This document shows positions 13,047 to 30,065 of a stretch of 64,000 bases of DNA, piece after piece. The position numbers and the translations under genes are program-made. The DNA comes from Octopus sinensis (Eukaryota). The notes under the pieces were generated by a model that was given only the letters and a program-made list of their open reading frames with translations, was not told where the DNA came from and searched no databases. Where the stretch lies: contig NC_043006.1 of the NCBI RefSeq assembly GCF_006345805.1, positions 13,702,001 through 13,766,000 of the forward strand, given 5' to 3'. The first letter of the stretch is position 1. Each line of letters opens with the position of its first letter.

Positions 13047-13636
13047 CAGATTTAGACTAAAGTTTCGCTGTATGATATATGAATATAATGATATTGTATA
13101 TCGTGACATTGTATATTGTTTTGCATTATTTTATTGAATTAATGTACTGGCATCTCCCATATGCATCTGTCTATATATTATGTTATATTATATTATATAT
13201 TGTATATTTAATATGTAATATAATATAATATATTTTATTATGTTGTGTTACACTGTATTATATTATACTATATTTTATGTGGTATTTTCCATCTACTATG
13301 TATTGTGAATAGCAGAATGCACATATTCCTTTATTGGTATTATTATTAATAATAATAATATTAATGGTTTTTAGCAATGTAATACAATGAACTTTGGACT
13401 TTGTATATGTACACTTTGTTGTGGATATATACGTATATTCCAGTATATAGATCTAATTAACTGTAACTTTATGCATATGTGTATTATTACGTATATACTT
13501 ATATATATGTATATGTAGATGTATATACACTTATATGTATATGTATATATGCATATTCTTGTATATGTGTACCTTGTTTAATATTCATATTTGCATTTTA
13601 TATCTTCATTTTATATCTTTATAATTGTACTTTATA

Positions 13637-13653
13637 ATCTCTGACGAGGCCTT

Positions 13654-13709
<56 letters not shown>

Positions 13710-13802
13710 TAACTCATTTTTAACTGCATATTACCTCAATACATCTGACTAATATGGGCATAATGAGATACTCTTATCTACAGGCTGAAACAGCTGTAAG
13801 AT
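13637..13802 (+). ncRNA. Type I hammerhead ribozyme with very long stem II
   Basis: ATCT-CTGACGA-GGCC...GGCT-GAAA-CAGCTG-TA-AGAT. All core nucleotides canonical, GUA cleavage triplet. Confidence 0.7.
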
Positions 13803-14165
13803 CCATTTTATATGTATTATTCTTATGGTATTATCTTACTTATTGATGTATATTGTTTTATTCTGTCTTATTCTGTTGGATTTGGATGTTCCTATTTAAT
13901 CTAAATAATTAGTTAATAAAGTATATGAATTGGTATTATCTGGAAGTTGATGATTGAAAGAAATCTATTCCTCCATTTTCTTATTTTGTATTATGATTTT
14001 CAGGTAAAACATTTTACCTTTGCCAATATAATACAATAAATGAATTAATTGCATTGCAATTCTTAGCAGTTATGTATTAGCCTTCTGGGTACTTTACTGG
14101 CAGTATATTGAATATATGATATCCCATAGTGGGTTACACTCATAACTCCTATCTCACTTTGTACT
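13637..14165 (+). mobile_element. Penelope-like terminal (pLTR-like) segment
   Basis: Collinear homology with 49121-49670. Both start with a hammerhead motif. Confidence 0.65.
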
Positions 14166-14866
14166 ATATACACACCTACATATATATGTATATATACATG
14201 CATATATGGGTACAGGATTTCGAAAAACGTTGAATACAATGAGAAACGAAAACATAAAAGCAAAAGCTCCACGTTCGAAGGCAAGGACAAGACGCAACTT
14301 CTTTGAAACAATCCTTCCCGCAAAGCAAATTAAATGAAATTTGGGATTTTTTGCGGAGGGTGAAAGTGGTAACAAGAACCGGATACTGAGAACAAAACAG
14401 TAAAAACAATAAATAAGTAAAAACAGTAAAAAACAGAACAATGAGAACAAAACAGTAAAAACAAACGGTGAGGACTGTTAAGCCAAGGCGATGGAAAAAT
14501 TATTCTGAACGCATATGAAGGAGACAGTATAAGCACCTTTAGTCTTTACGAAGGCCGTGGGTAGAAAGGTAGATTCTCTATCGTCACGTGTTAGCGACGA
14601 GAGAGTCGAGGAGGAGGAGTGAGAGAGAGGGAACAGTGAAGAGGAGAAGAATAGGAGAGAAAACCAGAAAGGATGAAGAATAAGAGTGGGGGAGATAGTA
14701 GAGATAGAAGAGTGCGCATCGTAATTATTAAGATAAAACTTACTTGGAAAAGGATGCGTGACGTTCGATCATATAATGATATAAATAATATATAAATGTA
14801 TACATATATACATACATATATATGTATATATACATGCGTTGAACAGAATGAGATATGAAAACAGTG

Positions 14867-14924
<58 letters not shown>

Positions 14925-14928
<4 letters not shown>

Positions 14929-16181
14929 GTCATCCCATAAGTTCTGTCCGATTTTACCTTTTTTTAAATTGAATGAAATTTAACAGTATTTTAGAATGTC
15001 TAATGGAATTTAAAATTAGTTTTATGCATTTGTGTACATTAAACTAATTAAATATTTTACAGAATAATAGAATTAAAATTTCTTTTCTAACATGGAATTA
15101 TGCAAAGAGCATTTGAGGCAAATAATGCTTTATGAGTATAAAAAGGGAAACTTTGCAGCCGAAACAACTCGAAACGTACACTCAGTTTATGGGAAAGAAT
15201 GCTTGAATGAAAGAACTTGCAGAAGATGGTTTGCAAAATTCAGAAGGGGAAATTTCAGCCTTGAAGATGAAGATCAAACAGGACGTCTAGTTGAGTATGA
15301 TGATCAGCTCCTTGAAGCATTGCTTGAAGAAAATCCTGCATTACCAGCTGAAGAATTGGCAATAAGGCTTAGTTCAAACCATACAACTGTTCATCGTCAT
15401 CTTCCTTCTACAACTTGGAAATGTTCCTAAGCTTGCAAAATGAGTGCCTCATGAATTGTCTGAGAGCAACCGCAAATCCCGAGTTGACATCTGCTCTTCT
15501 CTCCATTCTCGCGAACTCATTTCAACCTTTTTGGATAGACTTGTGACTGGTGACGAAAAATGGATCTTCTATCGAAATGTTAAACGTCGTAAACAGTGGC
15601 TTGGTAAAAGGGAAAAAGCTCAACCACAACCGAGAAGGGAACTTCCTGGGAAAAAGGTTCTTCTCTCTATAAGGTGGGATTGCAAAGGAGTAATTCACTT
15701 TGAATTTTTATCACCTAATGCAACAATCAATGCTCAAATCTACTGTCAACAATTAGAGCGTTTGAACCAAGTTTTGAAGAAAAAAAGACCCGCTTTTGTG
15801 AATCGAAAAGGAGCGATATTTCATAAGGGCAATGCGTGACCCCACACTGCAAAGATCACATCACAGATGATCGAAGAGATTGGTTGGGAAAAAATTCCTC
15901 ATCCATCTTGTTTTTTCAGACTACCATTTGTTTCGTAGTTTACAGAATCATTTGGGGGACATAACTTTCGCAAGCCAGGAGGAGGTCGAAACTGATATTT
16001 CAGAGTTCTTCGCTTTGAAACTCAAAAGAGTTTTATATTGATTGGTTTAAAAGCTTGTAAATGGAAGGAAGTCATAGATCATCAGGCAAAGTATATTGAT
16101 CATTAAATTTCAATTAAATTTAACATTTGATCACTTGTTTTCTTTATTCGAAATTTGGACAGAACTTATGGGATGAACTGA
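14925..16181 (+). mobile_element. Full-length decayed mariner transposon
   Basis: TIRs TCAGGTCATCCCATAAGTTCTGTCC / GGACAGAACTTATGGGATGAACTGA in TA context. ORFs 15092-15430 (HTH) and 15444-15839 (VPHEL, VTGDEKW). Stops and frameshifts present. Confidence 0.93.
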
Positions 16182-16283
16182 TATATACGCAGACACTCAC
16201 ACACATACATATATAATATATAATTAAGCAAATACATAGAAAAATACGTGTGTACTAAATATATGAATATAAATATAAATACG

Positions 16284-16332
<49 letters not shown>

Positions 16333-16983
16333 ATATGAATGTATGTACATATATTTACACATACATGCATATATATATATATATATGCATGTATGTATGT
16401 ATGCATGTATATGTATGTATATGTATATATACATACACATATCAACACATGCAATTATAAATGAATTTTATAATCCTATATGTATAGAATTCTTTCTATG
16501 TGTAAACATCTTTTCAAATTTAAGAAATTATATGATTTCAGCGTCAGGCTGTTGACACTAGATCAAGCCAAAATACACCAAGAAAAGCAAAAGAAAAAAA
16601 AACACAAAAGTAATGCAATATCAACAACAAACTAACGATGGAGTAGAGGGGGTAGCAAGTTAATCCTTCTCTACGAACTGAAAAATTAATAAGTCTCAAA
16701 ATCATTTGACTGAATGCTTCCTCGTAGGCAAAGCGAAATAATAGATTTCATGTAACGGAAACGAGGAATGTTTTAAACACGCACGTAATGAATTATAATG
16801 AACTCCCCGTGTGCATAAGATAATTTATTAGTGAAGTAGTAACAGGTGGTGTAAATGAAATTAGAACAACGAAGTCTTCAAGATTAACTCATACCTGTAG
16901 TGTATAATCTGACGTGTTTTCAAAATTCAATAGGGAATTTTTTGTCACATAACACAATTGTACACGCCAACATACATATATAA

Positions 16984-17072
<89 letters not shown>

Positions 17073-17075
17073 CAC

Positions 17076-17303
17076 AGGCGGCGAACTGGCAGAAACGTTA
17101 GCACACCGGGCGAAATGCTAAGCGGTATTTCGTCTGCCGCTACGTTCTGAGTTCAAATTCCGCCGAGGTCGACTTTGCCTTTCATCCTTTCGGGGTCGAT
17201 TAAATAAGTACCAGTTACGCACTGGGGGTCGATGTAATCGACTTAATCCCTTTGTCTGTCCTTGTTTGTCCCCTCTATGTTTAGCCCCTTGTGGGTAGTA
17301 AAG
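17076..17303 (+). mobile_element. SINE family D
   Basis: Full copy from GGCGGCGAACTGGCAG to CCCCTTGTGGG. Confidence 0.88.
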
Positions 17304-17369
17304 ATATATATATATATAATGAGAGAGAGAGAGAGAGAGAAATGGATAGATAGGTAGATGCATACATAA

Positions 17370-17416
<47 letters not shown>

Positions 17417-17417
17417 A

Positions 17418-18642
17418 TCAGGTTGAGTAAAAAGTAAGCAATGTTTTGAACCCTGAAAATTTGTACCTTGGGTTTTTTGTTCAGACATTTTCTTTTTTGC
17501 AATTGCTCGATGATACAGGCGTAGAATTGCCCAAATGCATCAATAAATTAGCATTGATATTTTTTTCACCGTTGTTACAATAATCTGAAATGGAAGCGCG
17601 ATATTCGAGCAATTTTTTCTGTTCAACTTCAAAAAAAGGACGTAAACAGCTGAAAGTGCACGCGATATCAACAAAACGTTTGGTGATGAAATGACCAGTG
17701 AGTGGTCAGCTCGAAAATGGTTTAAACGATTTCACGGTGGAAACCTGAGCCTTAAAGATCGTGAGCGTAGTGGACGCCCATCTGTCATCGATGCCAGTCA
17801 ATTAAAGACCGTAATTGAGAAAGATCCACGTAAAACCCACTCGAGAACTGGAAAACGAACTTCAAGTCAGCCAGCAAACTGCCTGCAATCATTTGTCAGC
17901 GATCAGAAAATCAAGAAATTTCGACAAATGGGTACCCCACGATTTGAATAAAAATCAGAAGATGCACAGATTTGAAATTTGCTTGTCGTTTCCTCTCCGT
18001 AACTAGACCGAACCATTTCTCGACCGCATTGTAACTTGCGATGCAAAATGGATTCCGTACAATAATGAGGCGCCAAAATAAAACACCAAAAACCTTCCCG
18101 AAACCGGAGCTCTTCAAAAAGAAGATTACGGTAACTGTTTTGGGGGTTGTACTGCTATAGCTTCTTAAGACCTGGAAAAACCATTACTGCAACAACATAT
18201 TTCCATGAAATTGCCAAAATGAACGAAACACTGCTACTCCTCCGTCCCAGACTGGTCAACAGAAGAGGACCAATCATTCTTCGTGACGATGCTCAACCAA
18301 ACCTTTCATTAATGATGCTCCAGAAGTTGAGGGATTTTGGCTACGGGATTCTTCCCCACCCATCTTATTCCCTAGACCTTTCTCCTACCAACTACCACTT
18401 TTTCAAGAACCTTGATAGTTTCTTGCGAGAGAAGAAGTTCAAAAATCAAACTAATGCTGGAAGTGCATTCAAAGAGTTCATCAGCTCCGGAATTTATGGT
18501 ATCGGAATAAACAAACTTGTAACTCGTTAGCAAAAGTTTGTTGATTATAATGGTACCTCCTTCGATGAATAAAATTACTGCATTGTTGAAATATATTGTG
18601 ATGAATTTCATGTTTCAAAACGTTGCTAATTTTTTACTCAGC

Positions 18643-18646
<4 letters not shown>
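17418..18646 (+). mobile_element. Full-length decayed mariner transposon
   Basis: TIRs TCAGGTTGAGTAAAAAG...TTTTGAA / TTCAAAACGTTGCTAATTTTTTACTCAGCCTAA. Motifs WFKRF..GNLSL.D..RSGRP, KWVPHDL and SLDLSPTNYHFF. Sits inside (TA)n. Confidence 0.92.
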
Positions 18647-18731
<85 letters not shown>

Positions 18732-18818
18732 AAGGGTGGAAAGGAACACACGAGTTGATATATATGAAAAAACAAGTCAAAAATAGAAAATGCTAAGATG
18801 ATTTTATAGTGAATCTTT

Positions 18819-18856
18819 CAGTACCGGTTTCGGTCATTTTGAGACCTTTTCAACTG
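18819..18856 (-). ncRNA. Hammerhead-like motif, U3-A8 variant (left arm)
   Basis: CAG-TTGAAAA-GGTC(7)GACC-GAAA-CCGG-TA-CTG read on minus. Confidence 0.55.
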
Positions 18857-19131
18857 TAACGATTAAATAATTAAATTTAGAAAAATTAGAAGAAAAGTTT
18901 TTTTAAAAGAATATTTCTGTAGTAGTGTTCAGATATAAGTAGCATTCTGCCTTTCTCTGACTCCCTTGTTTGCACTTGTGTGTTCGAGGTCAAAAACGAC
19001 CTCGAACACACAAGTGCAAACAAGGGAGTCAGAGAAAGGCAGAATGCTACTTATATCTGAACACTACTACAGAAATATTCTTTTAAAAAACTTTTCTTCT
19101 AATTTTTCTAAATTTAATTATTTAATCGTTA

Positions 19132-19169
19132 CAGTTGAAAAGGTCTCAAAATGACCGAAACCAGTACTG
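19132..19169 (+). ncRNA. Hammerhead-like motif, U3-A8 variant (right arm)
   Basis: CAG-TTGAAAA-GGTC(7)GACC-GAAA-CCAG-TA-CTG. Confidence 0.5.
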
Positions 19170-19218
19170 AAAGATTCACTATAAAATCATCTTAGCATTT
19201 TCTATTTTTGACTTGCTT

Positions 19219-19281
<63 letters not shown>

Positions 19282-19307
19282 CATATATATGCACATATAC
19301 ATATGTA

Positions 19308-19430
<123 letters not shown>

Positions 19431-19456
19431 CTAACTTGGGGGGGTCTCTCGTACAG

Positions 19457-19863
19457 TTATGAGTTCTTCATCTTCAGTGTATACTGATTAATGTTCAAAG
19501 CCATCCTCACCATTCTTGTGTAGCACCCACCCACCATCTGAGTGAGTTTCTTGGTTAGTACCCAAGTCTCAGACCTGTACAGCAGCACTGACTCCACTGC
19601 AGCAACGAAGAGACGGATCTTCACGTCTTTACGAAGGTCGGCTTCCATACAGATCTCAAACTGTAGCATATGGCCCAGGCTTTGCTCTTCTTCTCAACTT
19701 TATCACCCTTTGTGTTCTCAATCTTTGCTCCCAGATACACGAAGTTCTCAACCAACTCTAGTGGCATTCCGCCTATATTTATAACCTTCTCTGGCTTCTT
19801 AATGTTCTCTACTAGATAGTTCGTCTTAATCTCATTCATTTTCAGCCCCACACTCATCGTCAC
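19457..19863 (-). mobile_element. RTE-like LINE RT C-terminal fragment
   Basis: VENFVYLGAKI and KIRLFVAAVESVLLY.SETW.LT...CYTRMVRMALNI. Frameshifted. Confidence 0.75.
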
Positions 19864-20743
19864 AATGGTAAACGTATTGAGACAAAGTTTTCAGATATTT
19901 TTGAAGACTTTATCCAAAAAAACCTGAAAGCGTAACCTGTGTTGTGTCAGTATCGAATGATAGTCGCTCAACTGCTAATCACTGAAAGGAGAAAGTAATT
20001 GAAATACGATGATTATTTAATGCACGTTATACTTTATGCTTAGACTTAATACAGAACACTCTCCCGCTTTCCCTCTCCCTCTTCGCCTTACCCTCTTTTT
20101 CTCTTTCCTTTTTCTTTCCGTTCAACTAGTCATTTGAAAGCGTTACAGACGGGCTAAGTAACGTAGGATTATGCAGAATCATTATGAGATTGTTTTAAGT
20201 TTTGGCACATTGTCCGCAATTTAGGTGGAGTTAGTCGATTACATCGCTTCCTGTACTTGCCTGGTATTTTATTTCGTCGTCCCCGAAAAGGATGAAAATT
20301 AAAGTCGGCATTGATGGAACCTGAACTGAGCATGTAAAGAGCTGGAAGGATTGCCGCAAAGCATTTTGTCCGACGCACTAAAAAGTATGCCAGCTTGTCG
20401 CTGTATCAGCAAAATATATTACCGTGGAAAAAAAAAACTATATTTTTCTTTATAATAATGGCGAACGAGTAATTGTAAATCTACAACTTTTAAACCGACT
20501 CTCTCAATTTTACTAAATTCTATATTTGCATATGTGGAAAAGTCATATAAACATACACGTACATAAGTCAAATCCATGAAACATGTGAAGATTTTCCTTG
20601 AATTTATTGCCAGACTTAATGTCTCAAAATAAAATTCTAATGAACATGCGCGCCAGCACACACACACACATGTATATTAGTATGTATATATGTGTGGGGA
20701 GAGATGCGTGACTCTACATTTGTATTATGGAGTATACATACAC

Positions 20744-20792
<49 letters not shown>

Positions 20793-21150
20793 CACTCACG
20801 CAGACATAACTTCCCAGTACATGTATATTCATTGTATATATTCATATATTTTCATTCTTAGTCATGCCTTCAAAAAATATAAGAAGCAATACAGAATATT
20901 GTATTAGGCAAGTATGCATAAAGTATTCATCACGTCTTAACGTTGTAGAACAATATATCCCCAAAAAATAATCATGTAGACAGACAGGTGGATAAACAGA
21001 GAGGTAGATAGTATAATAGATATAGATAGATACATACAAAAATATTCATATATAAGCATGTATATATATATATATATATACATACGTACATATATATAAA
21101 TATACTTATATATAAATGCATATGCCAGTCTAAGGGTGTATATATATATG

Positions 21151-21218
<68 letters not shown>

Positions 21219-21430
21219 GGAATAATTACGACAACGCAACAATCGTCAATTTCTAGAAAATGGGGTCATAACCCCGAAATATTGACTAAATTGTAAATCT
21301 ACATTAATTCGCATATTTGTTTTCTTGTGATTTTCCTTGCATATTTACTTCGCATTGTTTTGACATTACCTTGCATATTTACTTCGCATTGTTTTGACAT
21401 TACCCACGATCCTTTATACAATATACATAT

Positions 21431-23166
<1,736 letters not shown>

Positions 23167-23268
23167 GCATATACATATACACCCACATAATTTTACATGC
23201 GCTCGCATACTTACCTATAAAAGCATATACACACTCATATGTGCGTATGGATAACTATGTATGTCTGT

Positions 23269-24762
<1,494 letters not shown>

Positions 24763-24791
24763 CATATGTATATGTTTATATATATATGTAT

Positions 24792-24869
<78 letters not shown>

Positions 24870-24894
24870 CTACTTCCTAACTCTCCTGTGTGAC

Positions 24895-25101
24895 CCTTAT
24901 CGCCGGCCTTCGCCATGATAGATCGCTAGCCGCTACACATTCTTTATTTTCTCTCCTTGTTTCTTTCTGTGTTCCTTTCTATGGAAGAGCGTAGGTTCGA
25001 AACGCTAAAGACTTTTCATTTCCCGAGCGTTATACTAATACATCTATTTGTTGTCTACACCACCCGTCTTCGTCTTTTGTTTTTTTTTTGTGAATTCCCC
25101 C

Positions 25102-25105
<4 letters not shown>
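24895..25105 (+). mobile_element. Short Penelope-like terminal repeat with decayed minimal hammerhead (24975-25010)
   Basis: Homologous to 33815-34005 and 42075-42270. Confidence 0.6.
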
Positions 25106-25173
<68 letters not shown>

Positions 25174-25599
25174 ATCTACTGTTTCGTTATCTGTGGGATC
25201 AAAATACTGTTCTCCATCCAGTAATAGATAAATGTCATTTAATGTATATCGGATTGAAAAGCGGTATACTACAAGTTCTATGTCTCTAAAGATACAAAAG
25301 GCAGGTGAGCTTGTATGGCATGCTCTGTATTATCAGGCAATCGTTCTGATTCAAAATAAAACATGTCTGCACTCAGAAAAAAAGCACGAAAAATAAACGA
25401 TAAAAATGGAAAATATTGATGAAAGAATTGAAACATAAAACAGCATGGAGGGAAGGAAGATAACAGTTTTTCCCTTTGGTTCATTAGAAGGGGAAATATT
25501 AGAAACATTAGAAACATTAGAAACAACAATGGTAGTTAATTCGACGGATAAAGCTTCAAGTTTATGTGACTGTTTAATCCGGAGAGGGTGATATTTTCC

Positions 25600-26640
25600 A
25601 GTTCGATTATAGAAACGTCGTATTTTTGTATTTAGTTTGCATTCACCTCTTTCGACTATTCACAGGTTACACCTCCTTGACAAATTGAAATATGGCGTAG
25701 ACGCTCTAGTTCATGCGTCGTTGTGGGTTATTTTTGACTGGGTAACTTAGTGGTTGATCTCAAATATATATAGACCAACCAGAAGACAAATATTAATGGT
25801 TATACGATCCATTGATGCATATACATTCCTTCTGGTTCTGATATTTTGACCGACTCTGAACCATTATTTTTACAAACCGTACGGCAAATATCAGTAATGA
25901 AATATTTAATCTCGCCTCCTGTAAGGAAATATTCTATGACAGTCCCCTACTATAATCAAAAATCCTGGCTAACAGTGGCTTCAAAGAGGAGATAGTTTAC
26001 ACACATACTATAAAATGTAGGAGGCCTAAAAATAAACCTAGGGTGACTATATTGTTCCTTCCCCTTTTATTTTTAAATGTTAGACAAACGTAGCTTGATA
26101 ATTCCGTGCTCTGATAGATAAGCATTTCTCGGTTAGTCATATATACGAGAAACTTTCTTATAAACGTTCAGTGAGACTTTCTTACAACTGCTACTCTAAT
26201 GTGAAATATATTATTACACGTAAGTCACAAGCGCCTACTCAAAAATGTAAGTGTAGAGACACGGATACTTACCCATCCGCCCAGGCATGCATGCTTAGCT
26301 CAGTGATTTATGAAACTCACATCACCTCAATCCTACAAAGAAACGAATCATAAAAAGAAGCATACTCGTCTATGCGAAAGTGATTTCAAAACATTTATGC
26401 CAGCCACCAGTCTTCTTTCCGACACGTAGAGAAGAAAAAATCGCGAATCTAGCTAGCTATATCTGCGACCTGAACTCCAAAAATATCCTACGCAACATTA
26501 AGTGTTGCAGTGTAGAATGATCCACTACATACGTAAATGAGTCAAAATGGTGCAGGTTTTGTATAGTTGAAATAACTATTATCCATTGTATATCTAAGAC
26601 TTTCACTAAATGCAAAAGTATAAGTTTCTATCATAGAACA
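25600..26640 (+). mobile_element. Penelope-like element remnant (RT thumb + GIY-YIG)
   Basis: PYYNQ.LANSGFKEEIVY, RLSYNCYSNVKYII..KCKCR...SVIYE and SKWCRFCIVE pieces. Many disruptions. Confidence 0.75.
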
Positions 26641-26710
26641 GGAAAACACTACTCCCTCCGGATTAAATATAAAGTGTCACATATTTTAACTTTTTCCGTC
26701 AAATTAATAT

Positions 26711-26889
26711 ATTTGACTGCGGCCATGCTAGAGCACCGCCTTTAGTCGAGCAAATCGACCCCGGGACTTATTCTTTGTAAGCCCAGTACTTATTCTATCG
26801 GTCTTTTGCCGAACCGCTAAGTAACGGGGACGTAAACACACCAGCATCGGTTGTCAAGCAATGCTGGGGGGACAAACACAGACACACAA

Positions 26890-26961
<72 letters not shown>

Positions 26962-27124
26962 GACAGGCTTCTTTCAGTTTCCGTCTACCAAATCCACTCA
27001 CAAGGCATTGGTCGGCCCGGGGCTATAGCAGAAGACACTTGCCCAAGATGCCACGCAGTGGGACTGAACTCGGAACCATGTGGTTGGTTAGCAAGCTACT
27101 TACCACACAGCCACTCCTGCGCCT
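26711..27124 (-). mobile_element. SINE family A
   Basis: As the other A copies. Confidence 0.9.
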
Positions 27125-27129
27125 ACACA

Positions 27130-27387
27130 TTGCTAGTCACAATGTGCTTCGCATTGTTTTAGCCTTCAAATGACGCCACACCGCTGGCTAAACGAGCAGG
27201 CCTACAGAAGAAAGAGTGGGAGAAAGTTGTGGTGAAAAAGTACAGCAGGGATCGCCACCCCCTACCCTGCCGAAGCCTCGTGGAGGTTTAGATGTTTTCG
27301 CTCAATAAACACTCACAACGCCCGGTCTGGGAATCGAAACCGCGATCCTACGACTGCAAGTCCGCTGCCCTAACCACTGGGCCATTA
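27130..27387 (-). mobile_element. SINE (head C + tail Z)
   Basis: Head C joined to tail CGTCATTTGAAGGCTAAAACAATGCG. Confidence 0.85.
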
Positions 27388-27607
27388 TTGTTTAACTCAC
27401 TCACCGGTTCGATTTCCACTCATTTACTTGTGCTTTTTTTTCCTAAAATTTTAGAAAAAATAAGTGAGTGGAAATCGCAACGGTGTGTTCAATAATAAGG
27501 CACTATAAGAGAATGACTCTCCCCCAGACACAATAAAATATGCTTTAACACACGAATTAGCATAAAGAATCTGTGGGGAACGGGTATTTATGTGTTTGTG
27601 TATATGG

Positions 27608-27980
27608 GCAGCACTCCGTCGGTTGCGACGACGAGGGTTCCGGTTGATCCGAATCAACGGAACAGCCTGCTCGTGAGATTAACGTGTTAGTGGCTGAGCA
27701 CTCCACAGACACGTGTACCCTTAACGTAGTTCTCGGGGATATTCAGCGTGACACAGAGAGTGACAAGGCCGGCCCTTCGAAATACAGGTACAACAGAAAC
27801 AGGAAGTAAGAGTGAGAGAAAGTCGTGGTGAAAGAGTACAGCAGGGATCGCCACCATCCCCTGCCGAAGCCTCGTGGAGCTTTAGGTGTTTTCGCTCAAT
27901 AAACACTCACAATGCCTGGTCTGGGAATTGAAACCGCGATCCTATGACCGCGAGTCTGCTGCCCTAAACACTGGGCCATT
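27608..27980 (-). mobile_element. SINE (head C + tail X)
   Basis: Head C joined to the CTACGTTAAGGGTACACGTGTC tail also used by head-B copies. Confidence 0.85.
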
Positions 27981-29004
27981 CATTTCCAACAGGTCAAGTG
28001 CGAATGTCTTAAAAGTTTAGAGATTCAGCGGCATTAATTCCCAAGTGTACGATTTATGCCTCTATAACAAATTCAATTTGCGCTGCTCCACTCTGCATCC
28101 ATAATGACGTTCAAGCATAGAAATACCTCAACTGCATTGAACGCAATTATATATGTAGACTTTCGTGTTGCTACTGTGTTATTGTATTTATATGTGTGTG
28201 TGTATGTGAGAGAGAGCGCGTGAGTGTGTGTATAGGCGTTTGCGTTGTTATACGATGTACTAGCACGAAGAAAGGAGTTATATATTGCGCGCGAAGTGGT
28301 TTGTGTATGTACGTCGTGCGTGACTTTAATTCTTCTGTTAGATAGTGGTGTACGCGCAAGTATGTATATTTAAAGATGTTTCTTTGTATTTACATTTGTA
28401 TTTACAGTTCTAAATACATTTGTGTGTGTGTGTGAAAGTTTATATATTGTTCACTCAAATCTGGGGGGAAAAGAGTATTCTGCACACTAAGAAGAAGGAA
28501 ACATACATCAACACACAAATACACAGACAAACATACTCTCAATCACATACATGAGTGCGTGCATGCACGCACACAAACATTCTTAATTCTGCAGCATATT
28601 TCCAATGTAACTTGTACTGACAAATCCTACTTGCTTTTGATTTGAGCACTTGGCACTCATTGCTAAAATGTTCACTCACACACACACATACACATAATAT
28701 ATATATGTACGAAAGTAATTTGTGTAAATATCAATAGGAAGAGTACTCCATCTAATGAGTCTGATATCAATATAAATGCTTCATACTACATTCATCATAT
28801 GCGCTACTAATAGTTTCACGTACATAAGTCCGTCCCCCCAGGCGCTTTCGTATATCGCTTCACACCTGTGCTCTATTGGAAAACAAACCTCTTGGTTAAA
28901 TAGTTCAATCAACTATGAACGTACTTACGTACGTGAAACTATTAGTAGAGAAAATAATGTATGTAGAATGAAACATTTATAGTTTCATATATATATTACC
29001 ACAC

Positions 29005-29074
<70 letters not shown>

Positions 29075-29078
29075 CACA

Positions 29079-29142
<64 letters not shown>

Positions 29143-29145
<3 letters not shown>

Positions 29146-29405
29146 GAGGCGCAATGGCCTAGTGGTTAGGGCAGCGGACTCGCGGTTTCGATTCCCAGAC
29201 CGGGCGTTGTGAGTGTTTATTGAGCGAAAACATCTAAAAGCACCACGAGGCTCCGGCAGGGGGTGGTGATCCCTGCTGTACTCTTTCACCACTCTTTCTC
29301 CCACTCTTTCTTCTGTTGGCCTGCTCATTCGAAGGCTAAAACAATGCGAACGCATTGTGACCAACGATGTGTAACTACATCTGATGGACTGGTCGGTCAC
29401 GTGAT
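29143..29405 (+). mobile_element. SINE (head C + tail Z)
   Basis: TGGAGGCGCAATGGCCTAGTGG head. Confidence 0.85.
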
Positions 29406-29667
29406 GATGATGGTGATAGATATATATATATATATATATAAAATTCAGGGTGAATACTTGATAACTGTAAGCACCTGTATATGCCAGTTAGTGGTGTAGG
29501 TGATAGGGTATATTTATCAAAAGAAAAACAGGATGCAAAGGATTTAACGGTACATATGTTTCTGGCTTTATTAGACAGTTTATATTAATGCATAATTGAC
29601 GTAACATGTATGTCAATAGCCTTCTTCAGCCGCGCACAATTACCACACCATATATATATATTTAATG

Positions 29668-29736
<69 letters not shown>

Positions 29737-29737
<1 letters not shown>

Positions 29738-30065
29738 GAGCACTCCGTCGGTTACGACGACGTGGGTCCCAGCTGATACGATCAACAGAACAGCCTGCTC
29801 GTGAAATTAACGTGCAAGTGGCTGAGCACTCCACAGACACGTGTACCCTTAACGTAGTTCTCAGGGAGATTCAGCGTGACACACAGTGTGACAATGCCGG
29901 CCCTTTGAAATACAGGTACAACTCATTTTTGCCAGCTGAGTGGACTGGAGCAACATGAAATAAAGTGTCTTGCTTGCTCAAGGACACAACGCGTCGCTTG
30001 GAATCGAACTCACGACCTTACAATCGTGAGCCGAATGCCCTAACCACTAAGCCATGCGCCTTCAC
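29737..30065 (-). mobile_element. SINE (head B + tail X)
   Basis: As 7585-7905. Confidence 0.88.

Larger units (their letters stand above)
18758..19230. repeat. Near-perfect palindrome (234/233-bp arms, 6-nt spacer)
   Basis: Arms 18758-18991 and 18998-19230, with 2 substitutions and 1 indel. Confidence 0.95.

Noticed and set aside
21335-21404. 34-bp tandem duplication upstream of the CR1
   Set aside because: Ordinary slippage duplication.
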